From Planctomycetota bacterium (GTDB lineage: Bacteria > Planctomycetota > GCA-002687715 > CAIWVZ01): a stretch of 64,000 nt of DNA. The notes under the pieces are model-generated. The model was not told the origin of the DNA and did no database searches. It saw only the letters and a program-made list of their open reading frames with translations. Position numbers and translations under genes: made by a program. Where the stretch lies: NCBI GenBank assembly GCA_044222185.1, contig JBGANV010000003.1:608001-672000 (forward strand). Direction: 5' to 3'. Below, in pieces: positions 9,801 to 21,226 of this stretch. Numbering within the stretch: the stretch's first letter is position 1; each line of letters begins with the position of its first letter.

Positions 9801-11514
9801 TCGGCACGGCGTTGCAGATGCTGGCCGAGAACGTCGCACCTGAGCCGGGTCCGCCGTTGCGGAACACGACGAGGCAGTGCCATCCCGCACTCAGAAAAAC
9901 GTTGGTGAACGGCGCCGCGTTGGCGACGCCGGACGCGACGAATGACGTGCCGCCGCGGGCGAACCAGGCGTTGCTCGCAGCCGGTCCGTAGAGGTGCCAG
10001 GTGAGCGTCGAGGGTCCGTTGACGGCGACGTCGTAGTTCCCCGCCGAGGGGACGTTGAACTCTAGGAGCGAGATGACGTTCGAGCCCGGGATGAATCCGA
10101 GCGTCTCGACGTTCACCGCCGCAGTGCTTGCGACGGCGTACTGAACGGTCGCGTTGGGCCCGCCAGAGAAGAGCTGAATCTCGGCGCTGACGGGGTTGAC
10201 GGCAGCTGCGTGCCCGTTCGCCAGCACGAAGTCACACGCACTCCCGCCGAGGAAGGATCCGATCGTGTTGACCTGGATGTCCCAATCGAACGGTGATGAG
10301 ACGGCGATGCCCGTCCAGCCGAAGGTCTGCTGGGTCGTGCTCACGTAATGCGGAGAGCACGAGATCGTCGCGGGGAAACCCGGGCTCAGGACCGTCGAAC
10401 CGCAGTTGCCCGTGTTCGCGATCGCGCCCTGGAGGCCGGCATTCAGGATGCTCGTCCCCGAGTTGCTGCCGAAGACGGCACCGCAACCGCCGTTGGTGTG
10501 GATGCCGATGGCGAGGCCCGTGGCCTCGTCGATCACCGGCGAGCCGGAGTTCCCGCCCTCCGTATCGACCTGGTAATTGATGACGTCACCGCCGGCGCCC
10601 GAATAGGGGCCGGTCGCCGTTTGCTGGACGAAATTCGCCGTGCCCGTGTCGGCGCCGCAACCCGTGACGCGGATCGTCGGGACGGAGAACGGAGGGAAGT
10701 AGAACGGAAGGCTCGACGCGAGGCTGAAGCTCGCTCCACCCTGATGCGAGAGTGCCGTCTGCCCCGTCACGTTCGGGTGCAGGCGCATCACGCTGAAGTC
10801 GTTGCCGATGGCAGTCTGCACCGCGACGATCGTCCCCTGGTCGACCGGGAACTGGTTGTGCGCGGGAGGGTTGATGATCTGACCGCCGGCCGTCGACAAC
10901 GGCACGTTGAACTCGGCGGTGATCAATGCCGACGTGGACGCGGGAATGCCGCAGTGACCGGCCGAAAGGATCATGTTCTGGCCGTTGATGAGCCACCCCG
11001 TGCAAACGAATCCGTTGCCGAGGAGGCGGCAGACACGCGCGTCGCCGCTGAAGGTGCGATCGTCGGTCGCTCCGCACTGCGTATCGATCCCCGCGGGCGT
11101 CGTCATGGAGGCACCGAAGAGGAACGCCGAGCCGACCATGACCTCGCCGTGCGAGCCGGGCATGAGCCGCAGTTCGAGCGCCAGGGCTCCGCCGTTGAAC
11201 CACGCCGTGTGGTTGCGCCACTGCTTCAGGCTCATCTGCGTGAAGACCTGCGAGTCGTTGTCCGCGAGGCTCGTCACCGTGAGCGAGTCGCCCTCGCGCT
11301 CGAGGTCCGCGACCGTGAACGCGAGTTGCAGCGATCCCGCCGTCGGAATCTGGACGACCTGCGTCCACACGACTTGCGGGCTCGCGGTGGCGTTCGTGAG
11401 CCGGCCGCTTCCCACTTCGACCGGAACCTCGGTCATCAGTTGGAGGTTGCCTTGCGCGCCAGCCAGGCACGCGAGCCACAACGAGCATGCGATCGTCAGC
11501 GTCGAACTCTTCAT
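6823..11514 (-). CDS. Large secreted trypsin-like serine protease with IPT/TIG domains (paralogue 2)
   Basis: Signal peptide MKSSTLTIACSLWLACLAGAQ. Motifs SAGHC, GNDFS, GGNSGSP. Colinear with 1708-6375 with a near-identical C-terminus. Confidence 0.85.
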   Translation of the reverse strand: MKSSTLTIACSLWLACLAGAQGNLQLMTEVPVEVGSGRLTNATASPQVVWTQVVQIPTAGSLQLAFTVADLEREGDSLTVTSLADNDSQVFTQMSLKQWRNHTAWFNGGALALELRLMPGSHGEVMVGSAFLFGASMTTPAGIDTQCGATDDRTFSGDARVCRLLGNGFVCTGWLINGQNMILSAGHCGIPASTSALITAEFNVPLSTAGGQIINPPAHNQFPVDQGTIVAVQTAIGNDFSVMRLHPNVTGQTALSHQGGASFSLASSLPFYFPPFSVPTIRVTGCGADTGTANFVQQTATGPYSGAGGDVINYQVDTEGGNSGSPVIDEATGLAIGIHTNGGCGAVFGSNSGTSILNAGLQGAIANTGNCGSTVLSPGFPATISCSPHYVSTTQQTFGWTGIAVSSPFDWDIQVNTIGSFLGGSACDFVLANGHAAAVNPVSAEIQLFSGGPNATVQYAVASTAAVNVETLGFIPGSNVISLLEFNVPSAGNYDVAVNGPSTLTWHLYGPAASNAWFARGGTSFVASGVANAAPFTNVFLSAGWHCLVVFRNGGPGSGATFSASICNAVPTIALTPGVTQSIPAACATFSTTPTAGLWNVVAVSGNSDWDVFLGSGLAFSGGTVDFCASNGHNGAITPTQGTFMRYSASGTASGEHVAATSTGTVGATFDTTFGANQVVRAIEYNVPSSGQYDVNVTGPTELQWMLMAPGTTADWIPLANYAATGTVGFGSTQTVTLSAGIWLMVIIHSGGPATTLLNFTVNLCPTASVIALTPSSTGTAVTNACVPFTLAPQASTWNAVGISSAGSDWDVLVGTAESQFGGTTADYVLANGHLGVISPTAGTIVRFNGVTGATVNQATTSTLSIGSTFATSWGASQVLRIFEFNVTTAGDYDFTLTGLAGLDWDLFEPGASSAWRTRANSNLASATGGGVLTRNLGLGWHAIVVARSGGVGISGAYSVLVSQTPSPVPTLASISPTTVVAGGGAVTLTCTGTNFVSNGFAASVVQWDGVAQSTTFGSSTSLTASIPAALVAAAGTHTVTVFTPAPGGGTSGGVTFTVTNPAPTIASMAPATATAGGAAFVLTVNGSNFNSQSRVRWNGVNLTTTLVNAGQLTASVPAVNIVAAGTATISVNNPAPGGGTTGNLTFTINNPVPTATSLSPSSVIAGGASFTLTVNGTNFNAQSAVTWNGASLGTAFVSATQLQATVPAANIVAGGSASVRVVNPTPGGGTTAALTFTVNNPVPVLGSMNPASALAGTGAFTLTVTGSSFNAQSEVRWNGAPQATTFVSATQLTASISAALISAVGTASVQVRNPTPGGGNSATLTFSMVGPAITSVTPAVIAIKTLASPASTLTVNGSNFLPTSTVFGNGVALTTTFLSSTLLTASLPATVQQTRSLGGIWISVRNATTVASNFGEVIVGSGANHGTIGHVPLPDPVAPGVVYSLNIEGCVPNAPFVLSGDTGMPAPIGAWPTPAADMVLSVGSPGLFPVLDGIGVYGPAQPGIVIGPAQPGNTAPGGRFVLPGITNPNPPLGLHFTLQASYLDPASPVGFRNTWAFVNTSI

Positions 11515-12185
11515 CGAGAATCTCCGTGAGATTGAAAGGCGCGCCGCCGGGAGCGAGATCCAACACGTCGCTCGCCGAAGGCCGCCGCGAACCGACCGGT
11601 CACGCAGACCGATGAGCCCGAAGCGGCATCGGGCGGCGGAAAGTGACAGGCGCGTCGGAGAAAAATCACCGAGCACGCAAACGTCGATCTTCAATAGGTT
11701 TACGGCACGTCATGGATCATGGACGGACGTGACGAACGGCCCTTCCCATGTCCCGCGCCGTCACAGCAAGCGTGGACCCGATCGGGGGATCGACACGCGA
11801 CTGATAGCCACACGGCGTTTGCTTCACGGCGACGGCACCGGCTCGATGACCGGTGGCGCTGGACGTGCAGCGCATGTGTGCCGGCCCGCCGCGACGCGGC
11901 GCGACCCCTCACCGCTTCGAAGCGATCGTCGTGGTCGCGACGCGCCTCGCCGACACGAACGCGGCGAACTGTGCGGGTTCGTCACGTCCACGGACACCGC
12001 CCCACACGGCGCCGCCGACCGGACGCCGCGAAACACACGAGCCGGGGAAGCGACGTCCGCCCCGCGTGAGATCGCGTCGCAGCAGGCGCCAGATGCACGC
12101 ATCGCGCCGCTCGAAGTAGCATCCCCCTGCCGATCGACCGGGTTGTCGCGAGCGCGCAACGATCGGATTGCGGGAAAGGACTCTC

Positions 12186-13691
12186 ATGGCGAGCGTCGCG
12201 AAACAGGTGTTCATCTCGTACGCGAGGGAGGACAAGGAGAGAGTCCGGCGCCTCTACCGACGACTGAAGAAGGACGGCATCGACTCGTGGTGGGACGAGG
12301 AAGACCTGGACCCCGGCGTCGCGTGGCCGGATCGGATCTCGACCGCGATCAAGAACTGCACGATCTTCCTCGCCTGCCTCTCGACGACGGCCGTTCGCAA
12401 GCGAGGTCATGTCCAGGTCGAGATGCAGCAGGCGCTGGAGGTGCTCAAGACGCTCCCGGCCGGCGACGTCTACGTGATCCCACTCTGCCTCGAGACGTGT
12501 GCCGTTCCAGAGCCGATCGCCGATCGGCAGAAGCTCGACCTCTTCGCGCCGAAGGGGTACGAGAGGCTCCTCACGGCCCTACGGGAACGCCTCTCCCACC
12601 CACCCACCTGCGGTACCGAACCTCGCCCGAACCCGCCGACCGCGCCGCGACCGTTTCTGATCGGGATCGATGTCGGGACGACCAAGATCGCAGGGGCAAT
12701 CGTCAGTGTCCCAGACGGGCAGGCGCCGACGGTCGTGTTGGAGCAGCGGATCAACCACGCCGAGATTGGCAGAGAGACCGGCATCCTCGACAAGGTCGAA
12801 TCCGTCGTCCGGCGCCTGATCGCCGATCATGGGCTGAAGCCCGGCGATATCGCTGCCGTTGGAATCGGGCTTCCCGGGCAAGTGGACTCGGAAGACGGAG
12901 TCCTGAAGTTCGCCCCGGGGCTCGCCCTGCATGAGATCGCGGTTGCTGGTGAATTGACGAGACGTCTGGGAATCGCGACCTATGCGGACAACGACGTGAA
13001 GTGCGCGACCTTGGCCGAACTACGCCACGGGTGGGGCCGGACAAACAAGGACCTCGTGTGCGTCTTCGTCGGCACGGGGATCGGGGGTGGCATCGTGGTC
13101 GACGGCCGACTATTGCGCGGTTCAGCGTGGTGCGCCGGCGAGGTCGGCCACATGAAGATCGCAATCGGCGCCACGGCGGAGGCCTGCACGTGCGGGGGTC
13201 TCGGTTGCTTCGAAGCGTATGCGTCGTCACGAGCCCTCATCCGAATGGCGCGCGCGGCGATCGACGACGCAAAGAAGAACGGAGTTACGACGAAACTCGC
13301 CGCCGTCGATCAGGCCACGGTCCGGCCCGAGGTGATCGTCGCAGCCGCCAAGGCCGGAGACGACGTCGCATGCGCCGTGATCACGGAGTTCGGCAGGGTC
13401 CTGGCGGTCGGCCTGGCGAACATCGCGAACGTCCTGAACCCGGACGTCATCGTGCTCGGGGGCGGTCTCGTGAAGGGTCTGGCAACCGTCGACGGTTTCA
13501 ACAAAGGGCGCGATCAGTCGTTCCGGGCCCATGCATTTCGGGGTTGTGCGGATTCGAAGATTCGAGACCCCGAATTGGGCGACCACGCGCCGATCATCGG
13601 GGCCTGCCTGCTCGCGCTCGAACGAAGCCGACGCCGATCGAGAGTGTCAAAACCTGCCGCCGCTCCCGCGTCTCAAGCGAACGCCACCTGA
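12186..13691 (+). CDS. TIR domain-ROK family sugar kinase fusion
   Basis: N-terminal VFISYAREDK...WWDEEDLDPG...HVQVEM...VIPL (TIR_2). C-terminal IGIDVGTTKI, GIGLPG, NDVKCATLAE, GTGIGGG, GEVGH, CTCGGLGCFEAYAS (ROK). Confidence 0.9.
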   Translation: MASVAKQVFISYAREDKERVRRLYRRLKKDGIDSWWDEEDLDPGVAWPDRISTAIKNCTIFLACLSTTAVRKRGHVQVEMQQALEVLKTLPAGDVYVIPLCLETCAVPEPIADRQKLDLFAPKGYERLLTALRERLSHPPTCGTEPRPNPPTAPRPFLIGIDVGTTKIAGAIVSVPDGQAPTVVLEQRINHAEIGRETGILDKVESVVRRLIADHGLKPGDIAAVGIGLPGQVDSEDGVLKFAPGLALHEIAVAGELTRRLGIATYADNDVKCATLAELRHGWGRTNKDLVCVFVGTGIGGGIVVDGRLLRGSAWCAGEVGHMKIAIGATAEACTCGGLGCFEAYASSRALIRMARAAIDDAKKNGVTTKLAAVDQATVRPEVIVAAAKAGDDVACAVITEFGRVLAVGLANIANVLNPDVIVLGGGLVKGLATVDGFNKGRDQSFRAHAFRGCADSKIRDPELGDHAPIIGACLLALERSRRRSRVSKPAAAPASQANAT

Positions 13692-13815
13692 CCGGCCGCA
13701 GGCGACGTCGCAGCGACCGCAACCGCGACCGCCACATCCACCTGAAAACGCCCGCGGACGGCGCGCCTGCAGGCTGAGGAAACCCGCGCAGCCGCGCGGC
13801 ATCCAACCGCGCGTC

Positions 13816-15393
13816 ATGCACTACGACGTCATCATCATCGGGACCGGCGCCGGCGGTGGAACTCTGCTCCACCGACTTGCGCCGTCTGGGAAGTCGATCC
13901 TCGTCCTCGAGCGCGGCGGGTTCCTTCCGCGCGAGAAGGACAACTGGAGCCCCCACGCGGTCCTGACCGAATCCAAGTACAAGGCGCAGGAGACCTGGTT
14001 CGACGCGGAGGGCAAGGCGTTCCACCCCGGGATCCACTACTACGTGGGCGGGCAGACGAAGTTCTACGGCGCCGCGCTGCTCCGCATGCGCGAGCGCGAC
14101 TTCGAGGAAGTCCGACACGCCGATGGGATCTCCCCCGCATGGCCCGTGGGCTACGCGGAGTTGGAGCCGTACTACACTGAGGCCGAGAGGCTCTACCGCG
14201 TTCACGGTGAGCGCGGATCCGACCCGACGGAACCCTGGGCCAGCGCGCCGTACTCGCACCCCGCCGTCAGTCACGAGCCGCGCATCCAGCGGCTCCATGA
14301 CGATCTGGTCCGCATCGGACGCAAGCCGTTCCCGCTGCCCATGGGTGTGCTCCTCGACGAACGCCGACCCGAGCGCAGCCCCTGCATCCGCTGTGAGACG
14401 TGCGACGGATTCCCCTGCCTCGTGAACGCCAAGTCGGACGCGCACGTCATCTGCGTGAACCCGGCGCTGAAGCACCAGAACGTCACCCTGCTCACGAACG
14501 CACTCGTGACGCGGCTCGAGGTCGATGGAACGGGGCGCGACGTGCGACGCGTGCACGTGGACCGCGACGGCGCGAAGGAAACCTACTCGGCCGATCTCGT
14601 CGTCGTCGCCTGCGGCGCCGTGAACTCCGCGGCCCTCCTCCTCCGGTCGGCCTGCGACCTCCACCCGCGCGGACTCGCCAACCGGTCGGGTGTCGTCGGT
14701 CGCCACTACATGTGCCACAACAACTCGGCGCTGATCGCGCTGTCGAAGGACCCCAATCCGACACGCTTCCAGAAGACGCTCGGACTGAACGACTTCTATT
14801 TCGGCGACGACCACTACCCGTTCCCCATGGGCCACATCGCCATGTTGGGCAAGCAGGACATGGAATCGCTTCGCGGCGGTGCACCGGCGTTCGCGCCCGG
14901 AATCGTGCTGGACGCCATCGGGAAACACACGCTCGACTTCTGGCTGACGACCGAAGACCTGCCGGATCCGCAGAACCGGGTCGTCCTGCGCGACGACGGC
15001 GCGATCGAACTCCGCTACCGAGAGAACAACGTGGAGCCGCATCGCCGGTTGACGCAGAAGCTGAAGGAGATGCTCGAGGCGATCGGCTGTGACCACCGCC
15101 ACCTGATCCCCCACGCCCTCTACCTGGGCAAGAAGATCCCCATCGCCGGGGTCGCGCACCAATGCGGAACGATCCGGTTCGGAGAGGACGCCGAACGCTC
15201 GGCGCTCGACCGGAATGGCCAGGCCCACGACGTGGAGAATCTCTTCGTGGCGGATGCGAGCGTCTTCCCGTCGAGCTCCGCCGTGAATCCCGCGCTCACG
15301 ATCATGGCGCATGCACTCCGCCTCGGAGATCACATCCTCCACCGACTCGGCGTCTCGGCGAGCTCGGCGAGCTCGGCGGAGGTCGCACGATGA
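13816..15393 (+). CDS. GMC family oxidoreductase
   Basis: DVIIIGTGAGGG FAD motif, VGGQTKFYG, HQCGT, NLFVADASVFPS, NPALT. Confidence 0.92.
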   Translation: MHYDVIIIGTGAGGGTLLHRLAPSGKSILVLERGGFLPREKDNWSPHAVLTESKYKAQETWFDAEGKAFHPGIHYYVGGQTKFYGAALLRMRERDFEEVRHADGISPAWPVGYAELEPYYTEAERLYRVHGERGSDPTEPWASAPYSHPAVSHEPRIQRLHDDLVRIGRKPFPLPMGVLLDERRPERSPCIRCETCDGFPCLVNAKSDAHVICVNPALKHQNVTLLTNALVTRLEVDGTGRDVRRVHVDRDGAKETYSADLVVVACGAVNSAALLLRSACDLHPRGLANRSGVVGRHYMCHNNSALIALSKDPNPTRFQKTLGLNDFYFGDDHYPFPMGHIAMLGKQDMESLRGGAPAFAPGIVLDAIGKHTLDFWLTTEDLPDPQNRVVLRDDGAIELRYRENNVEPHRRLTQKLKEMLEAIGCDHRHLIPHALYLGKKIPIAGVAHQCGTIRFGEDAERSALDRNGQAHDVENLFVADASVFPSSSAVNPALTIMAHALRLGDHILHRLGVSASSASSAEVAR

Positions 15394-16457
15394 GCAGAAC
15401 CATGCCTTTCCTGCGCCAGTCGTGTCGTGCCGTCGCCATCTTGGTGGCGATCCTTGCGGTCGCCCGACTCCCAGCCCACGCCCAAGCGGACAGTCGTCCG
15501 GCGAGCCGGGCCGTCGCCGTCGCAGAGGTCTCCATGACCGTCGCCGACCTCGACCGCGCGGTGGAGTTCTACACGCGCGTGCTCGGCTTCACGAAGCGAG
15601 CCGAGGCCGAGACGGAAGGGGAACGCCCGGAGGCGATTCTCGGTGTCTTCCCCGCTCACACACGAGCCGCCAGGCTCACGCTCGGGGATGAGTCCATCGA
15701 ACTCGTGCAGTTCCTGACGCCCCAGGGCCGCCCGTATCCCCGCGATGCGCGAAGTCACGACCGCAGTTTCCAGCACGTGGCCATCATCGTGCGCGACATG
15801 GCCAAGGCGTACGCGGTCCTCCGCCAGAACGAGGTGGCGCACATCTCACCGTCGCCGCAGCGCCTCCCGGATTGGAATCCGAACGCGGGCGGAATCGAGG
15901 CCTTCTACTTCCGTGACCCGGACGGGCATCCCCTCGAGATCCTGCACTTCCCCGCCGGCAAGGGCGCACCAAAGTGGCACCTGCCGTCGGAGCGGGTCTT
16001 CCTGGGCATCGACCATTCGGCGATCACCGTGCGCAGCACCAGCGACGCCCTCGCCTTCTACCGCGACGTTCTTGGCATGACCGTCGTGGGGACGAGCGAG
16101 AACTCCGGGATCGAACAGGAGCGCCTCAACGCCGTTCGCGGTGCGCGCCTTCGGATCACGACCCTGCGAGCCGAGCGCGGTCCGGGCGTCGAGCTCCTCG
16201 AATACGTCGCGCCGGACGGTGGCAGTCCGATGCCCGCCGACGTGCGAACGAGCGACGTCCTCCATCGGCACACGACGATCGAGGTCGACGATGCGCGCGC
16301 CGCGGCGCGGGCGATGCGAGAGAAGGCGCTACCGTTCGTTTCATCCCGGGTCGTCGAGGAGGATCCTGCGGCGGCGTCGGGAACGTGTTTCATCGTTCGA
16401 GACCCCGACGGTCACGCCGTGAAGATCACCGAACGCCAGAAGGGGCGGAAGCCATGA
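15390..16457 (+). CDS. VOC/glyoxalase family protein with signal peptide
   Basis: [40 protein letters not shown] overlap with the upstream gene. Confidence 0.85.
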   Translation: MSRTMPFLRQSCRAVAILVAILAVARLPAHAQADSRPASRAVAVAEVSMTVADLDRAVEFYTRVLGFTKRAEAETEGERPEAILGVFPAHTRAARLTLGDESIELVQFLTPQGRPYPRDARSHDRSFQHVAIIVRDMAKAYAVLRQNEVAHISPSPQRLPDWNPNAGGIEAFYFRDPDGHPLEILHFPAGKGAPKWHLPSERVFLGIDHSAITVRSTSDALAFYRDVLGMTVVGTSENSGIEQERLNAVRGARLRITTLRAERGPGVELLEYVAPDGGSPMPADVRTSDVLHRHTTIEVDDARAAARAMREKALPFVSSRVVEEDPAAASGTCFIVRDPDGHAVKITERQKGRKP

Positions 16458-19195
16458 CGAACCACGAGGCACGCCGATTGGAGGACGCACGCACGCAGGC
16501 AGCCGCGTGGCGGAGGTGGGGTCCCTACGTCTCCGATCGCCAATGGGGAACGGTCCGTGAGGACTACAGCGCCGACGGCAACGCCTGGAACTACTTCCCC
16601 TACGACCACGCGCGCAGCCGCGCCTATCGATGGGGCGAAGACGCAATCGGTGGAATCTGCGACGACAAGCAGAACCTCTGCTTCGGTCTCGCGCTGTGGA
16701 ACGGGCGCGACCCGCACTTGAAGGAGCGCTTGTTCGGGCTGGGCGGACCCGAAGGCAATCACGGCGAAGACGTCAAGGAGCTCTACTACTACCTGGACTC
16801 GACGCCGACGCACTCCTACATGCGGATGCTCTACAAGTACCCGCACGCCGAGTTCCCCTACGAGGCGCTCCGGCGCGAGAACAAGAACCGCGGTCGCACC
16901 GCGCCGGAGTACGAGATCCTCGACACGGGCGTGTTCGACGACGACCGGTACTTCGACGTCTTCATCGAGTACGCGAAGGCGGACGTGGAGGACATCCTCG
17001 CGCGGGTCACGATCCACAATCGGGGACGCGACGCCGCGGCGGTTCACGTCCTCCCCCAGCTGTGGTTCCGCAACACGTGGTCCTGGGTGAGCGGCCGCCC
17101 GCGGCCGACGCTCGCCTGCCCACGAAGCGGTGTCGTCACCGCCGACTGCGCGGCCCTCGGCAAGCGCTGGTTGTTCGTCGACCGGCCTGCCGACTTGCTC
17201 TTCTGCGACAACGACACGAACGCACAGCGTCTGTTCGATGCCTACCCATCGCCGGGATACTTCAAGGATGGCATCGACGACGCAATCGTGAATGGACGCG
17301 CCGATGCCGTGAACCCGGACAAGACGGGGACGAAGGCCGCGGTCCACTTCTTCGCAGAGATCGAAGGCGGCGGCTCCGTCTCATTCCGGCTGCGCCTCGC
17401 GCCCACCGACCTCCCGGCGCCGTTCGCCGACTTCGACCGCACGTTCGCGGCGAGACTCGGCGAGGCAGACGAGTTCTACGCCGACCTCCAGCGAGACCAG
17501 CCCGATGCGGACGCGCGCCTGGTGCAGCGGCAGGCCCTCGCCGGCCTGCTCTGGACCAAGCAGTTCTTCTACTACGACGTCCCCGAGTGGTTGAACGGTG
17601 ATCCGGCGCAACCGCCTCCACCCAATGCGCGACGCCGGGGCCGCAACCACGAGTGGACGCACCTGAACAACGCCGACGTCATCTCCATGCCCGACAAGTG
17701 GGAGTACCCGTGGTACGCCGCGTGGGATCTTGCGTTTCACTGCGTCGCGCTCACCCTCGTCGACACGGAGTTCGCCAAGGATCAGCTGATCCTGCTCACG
17801 CGCGAGTGGTACATGCACCCCAACGGGCAGATGCCTGCCTACGAATGGGCGTTCGGCGACGTCAACCCTCCGGTGCACGCCTGGGCCGCGTGGCGCGTCT
17901 ACAAGATCGACAAGAAGCGGACGGGTCGAGCCGACACGGACTTCCTCGAGCGCGTGTTCCACAAGCTCCTGCTGAACTTCACCTGGTGGGTGAATCGCAA
18001 GGACGCCGAGGGCCGCAACGTCTTCCAAGGCGGCTTCCTCGGCCTCGACAACATCGGCGTCTTCGACCGCAGTGCGCCGCTTCCAACCGGCGGGTTCATC
18101 GAACAGGCCGACGGCACGAGCTGGATGGCGATGTATGCGCTGAACCTCATGCGGATCTCGCTCGAGCTCGCGCAGACGAAGCCCATCTACCAGGACATGG
18201 CGACGAAGTTCCTGGAGCACTTCCTCTACATCGCCGGCGCCATGGCGAACATCGGAGGCGACGACGCGAGCCTGTGGGACGAGGCCGACGGGTTCATCTA
18301 CGACGTGCTGCATCTGCCCGACGACGGGCACGTGACGTTCCGCATCCGGTCCATGGTCGGGCTCGTGCCGCTGTTCGCCGTCGAAGTCCTGGACCCCGAC
18401 GTGCTCGATCGCGTCCCCGAGTTCAAGCAGCGGCTCGAGTGGTTCCTCGCCTATCGGCCGGACCTCGCGAACCTCGTGTCGCGGTGGCAGGTGGCCGGAA
18501 AGGGTGAGCGACGTCTGCTCTCGCTGTTGCGCGGTCACCGCATGAAGTGCCTCCTGAAGCGCATGCTGGACGAGACGGAGTTCTTGTCGGAGTACGGGGT
18601 GCGGGCCCTCTCGCGGGCGCACAAGGACCAGCCCTACGTCCTCCAGGCCGACGGCAAGACGTTCACCGTCGGCTACCAGCCCGGCGAGTCCGAGTCGGGC
18701 CTCTTCGGAGGCAACTCGAACTGGCGTGGCCCGGTCTGGTTCCCGATGAACTACCTGATCGTGGAATCGCTCCAGCGATTCCACCACTACTACGGCGACG
18801 AGTTCAGGGTCGAGTGCCCGACGGGCTCCGGAAAGTTCCTGACGCTGCTCGAGGTCGCCTCCGAGATCGCGCGGCGCCTTGCGTTCATCTTCCTGCGCGA
18901 TGCCCGCGGCCGCCGCGCCGTCTTCGGGAAGGACGAGCGGTTGCAGAACGACCCGCACTTCCGCGACTACCTGACGTTCCACGAGTACTTCCACGGGGAC
19001 GACGGGAGAGGACTCGGCGCATCGCATCAGACGGGCTGGACGGCGCTCGTCGCGAAGCTGCTGCAACCGCGGGACGCCGCCGCGCCGGCCAAGGCGACCG
19101 CCCGCGACCTCGGCGAAACCCGCGACTCGCGCGCACCGCGTGACGGCCAGGCCGTGGCGGCCGGTCCCGCGCGTCGCAGGAGTCGGGTCTCGTGA
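16454..19195 (+). CDS. GH63-like glucosidase (mannosyl-oligosaccharide glucosidase family)
   Basis: [61 protein letters not shown]. Confidence 0.92.
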   Translation: MTNHEARRLEDARTQAAAWRRWGPYVSDRQWGTVREDYSADGNAWNYFPYDHARSRAYRWGEDAIGGICDDKQNLCFGLALWNGRDPHLKERLFGLGGPEGNHGEDVKELYYYLDSTPTHSYMRMLYKYPHAEFPYEALRRENKNRGRTAPEYEILDTGVFDDDRYFDVFIEYAKADVEDILARVTIHNRGRDAAAVHVLPQLWFRNTWSWVSGRPRPTLACPRSGVVTADCAALGKRWLFVDRPADLLFCDNDTNAQRLFDAYPSPGYFKDGIDDAIVNGRADAVNPDKTGTKAAVHFFAEIEGGGSVSFRLRLAPTDLPAPFADFDRTFAARLGEADEFYADLQRDQPDADARLVQRQALAGLLWTKQFFYYDVPEWLNGDPAQPPPPNARRRGRNHEWTHLNNADVISMPDKWEYPWYAAWDLAFHCVALTLVDTEFAKDQLILLTREWYMHPNGQMPAYEWAFGDVNPPVHAWAAWRVYKIDKKRTGRADTDFLERVFHKLLLNFTWWVNRKDAEGRNVFQGGFLGLDNIGVFDRSAPLPTGGFIEQADGTSWMAMYALNLMRISLELAQTKPIYQDMATKFLEHFLYIAGAMANIGGDDASLWDEADGFIYDVLHLPDDGHVTFRIRSMVGLVPLFAVEVLDPDVLDRVPEFKQRLEWFLAYRPDLANLVSRWQVAGKGERRLLSLLRGHRMKCLLKRMLDETEFLSEYGVRALSRAHKDQPYVLQADGKTFTVGYQPGESESGLFGGNSNWRGPVWFPMNYLIVESLQRFHHYYGDEFRVECPTGSGKFLTLLEVASEIARRLAFIFLRDARGRRAVFGKDERLQNDPHFRDYLTFHEYFHGDDGRGLGASHQTGWTALVAKLLQPRDAAAPAKATARDLGETRDSRAPRDGQAVAAGPARRRSRVS

Positions 19196-21198
19196 CACGG
19201 AACGGAAAGCAACTCGAGATCGGACCCGATCGACTGCGCGATCTGCCGCAGGCGACGCGTCAGGAATGGCTCGAGACGAACGGCCTGGGTAGCTACGCCT
19301 CCTCGACCGTGTGCGGGATGAACACGCGCCGCTACCACGGGCTCCTGGTTGCGGCGGCGCGCCCCCCCGTGGGCCGCTGCGTCCTGCTCGCGAAGGTCGA
19401 AGAGACGCTCTTCGTCGGCGATCGAACGGTGCCGTTGTCGGTGAACCGCTACGAGGGCACGACGCATCCCGACGGCCACCTCCGCCTCGTTCACTTCACG
19501 GACGACCCGTTCCCGACGACGCGATGGCGCGTCGACGACGTCACGATCGAGCGCACGATCTTCATGCCTCGGGGACGTCACGCGGCCGTGATCACCTACC
19601 GGAGGGTCGGCGGAGGTGACACCGGACCGATCCACCTCGAAGTCCGACCGCAGGTGGCGTTCCGCGACTACCACTCGCTCGGCCGCGAGGCACCGTCCCG
19701 TGAAGCGCGCTGCGCGCGCAGCGCCGAGGCGCGCGTCATTTCGGGCGACCCGGCACTTCCTCGGCTCCACCTCACGTTCAGCGACGCCACGGTCGATGAG
19801 CGCCGCTGGTGGTACCGCGGACTCAGGTACGACGCGGAGGCGGCGCGCGGATTCGACTTCATCGAGGACCTCCACAGTCCATGCGGGATCCGCTTCGCGC
19901 TTCGCCCCGGGACGGATGCCGTCCTGATCGCCGCAACGGAACCGATCCCGGCCGCGGCCGCAGCGGCGTTGCGAGCGGCCGAATTGCGCCGACGGCGCGC
20001 GCTCGTCCCGAAGTCCGCGACCGAGCCACGACCGATCCGTGCGCTTCGCCGTGCAGCCGACGCGTTCCTCGTCCACCGCGGCGAGCACCGTTCGATCCTC
20101 GCTGGATTCCCGTGGTTCTCGGACTGGGGTCGCGACGCCATGATCGCGCTGCCGGGCCTCCTCGTCGCGACGAACCGGCTGGCAGAAGCCCGCGCCGTGC
20201 TGCTCGCATTCGCCGACGCCGTGAGCGAAGGAATGCTCCCGAACCGCTTCCCCGACTCGGGTGAAGCGCCCGAGTACAACACCGTCGACGCCACGCTCTG
20301 GTTCTTCGAGGCGATCCGCGCCTGGCACGCCGCGTCACGAGACGACGTGACTCTCCGCGCGCGCCTCCTCCCGGTCCTCGATTCCATCGTCGACTGGCAC
20401 GTCCGCGGGACGCGCCACGGAATCCGCGTGGATGACGACGGGCTCCTGCGGGCCGGAGAGCCCGGCGTGCAACTGACGTGGATGGATGCGAAGGTCGGGA
20501 ACCGGGTCATCACTCCGCGAACGGGAAAGGCCGTAGAGGTCCAGGCGCTGTGGTTCAACGCCACATGCAGCCTGCGCGATCTCGCCCGCCGTCTGGGTTG
20601 CCGCGCCATGGCCGCCCGCGCCGCGACGCTGGCGGATCGCGCTCGACGGGCCTTCGGTCCCGCGTTCTGGAACCCTGGGACGGGCTGCCTGTTCGACGTC
20701 GTCGGCGACGGCGCACCGGACCCGGCGATCCGTCCCAATCAGCTCCTCGCGGTCAGCCTCAGGCATGCGCTCGTCCGCGGACCGCGCGCGAAGAGCATCG
20801 TCGCCGTCGTCGAGCGCGAGCTTCGAACACCGTATGGGCTGAGGACGCTGTCTCCGGCCGATGCACGCTACGTGGGACGCTACGAGGGCGGCCCCGAGCA
20901 ACGGGACTCGGCCTATCACCAAGGAACCGTCTGGCCGTGGCTCATGGGCCCTTTCGTCGACGCGTATCTCGCAGCCCACGGCCGCACGCGCACGACGGTC
21001 GCCCGAGCCATGCGCTGGCTCGAACCGCTCCTCGCGTTCGCAGCCGGCGAGGGCCTCTCGTTCCTGCCCGAGGTCTTCGACGGCGACGCGCCGCAACGCG
21101 CCGGCGGATGTTTCGCACAGGCTTGGAGCGTGGGCGAAGTCCTGCGCGTGGCGCTGTCGCTGAGGAGTCGCCGGCGGACGAATCCGTCACGACGGTGA
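19192..21198 (+). CDS. Glycogen debranching enzyme / amylo-alpha-1,6-glucosidase
   Basis: [53 protein letters not shown]. Confidence 0.93.
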   Translation: MTRNGKQLEIGPDRLRDLPQATRQEWLETNGLGSYASSTVCGMNTRRYHGLLVAAARPPVGRCVLLAKVEETLFVGDRTVPLSVNRYEGTTHPDGHLRLVHFTDDPFPTTRWRVDDVTIERTIFMPRGRHAAVITYRRVGGGDTGPIHLEVRPQVAFRDYHSLGREAPSREARCARSAEARVISGDPALPRLHLTFSDATVDERRWWYRGLRYDAEAARGFDFIEDLHSPCGIRFALRPGTDAVLIAATEPIPAAAAAALRAAELRRRRALVPKSATEPRPIRALRRAADAFLVHRGEHRSILAGFPWFSDWGRDAMIALPGLLVATNRLAEARAVLLAFADAVSEGMLPNRFPDSGEAPEYNTVDATLWFFEAIRAWHAASRDDVTLRARLLPVLDSIVDWHVRGTRHGIRVDDDGLLRAGEPGVQLTWMDAKVGNRVITPRTGKAVEVQALWFNATCSLRDLARRLGCRAMAARAATLADRARRAFGPAFWNPGTGCLFDVVGDGAPDPAIRPNQLLAVSLRHALVRGPRAKSIVAVVERELRTPYGLRTLSPADARYVGRYEGGPEQRDSAYHQGTVWPWLMGPFVDAYLAAHGRTRTTVARAMRWLEPLLAFAAGEGLSFLPEVFDGDAPQRAGGCFAQAWSVGEVLRVALSLRSRRRTNPSRR

Positions 21199-21226
21199 CC
21201 TGACGACCGGGACGCGGCGTCGGGTT

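Noticed and set aside
10973-12185. ORFs spanning the gap between protease paralogue 2 and the TIR-ROK gene
   Set aside because: No recognisable domains. The gap is probably a divergent promoter region, and no ncRNA could be supported.
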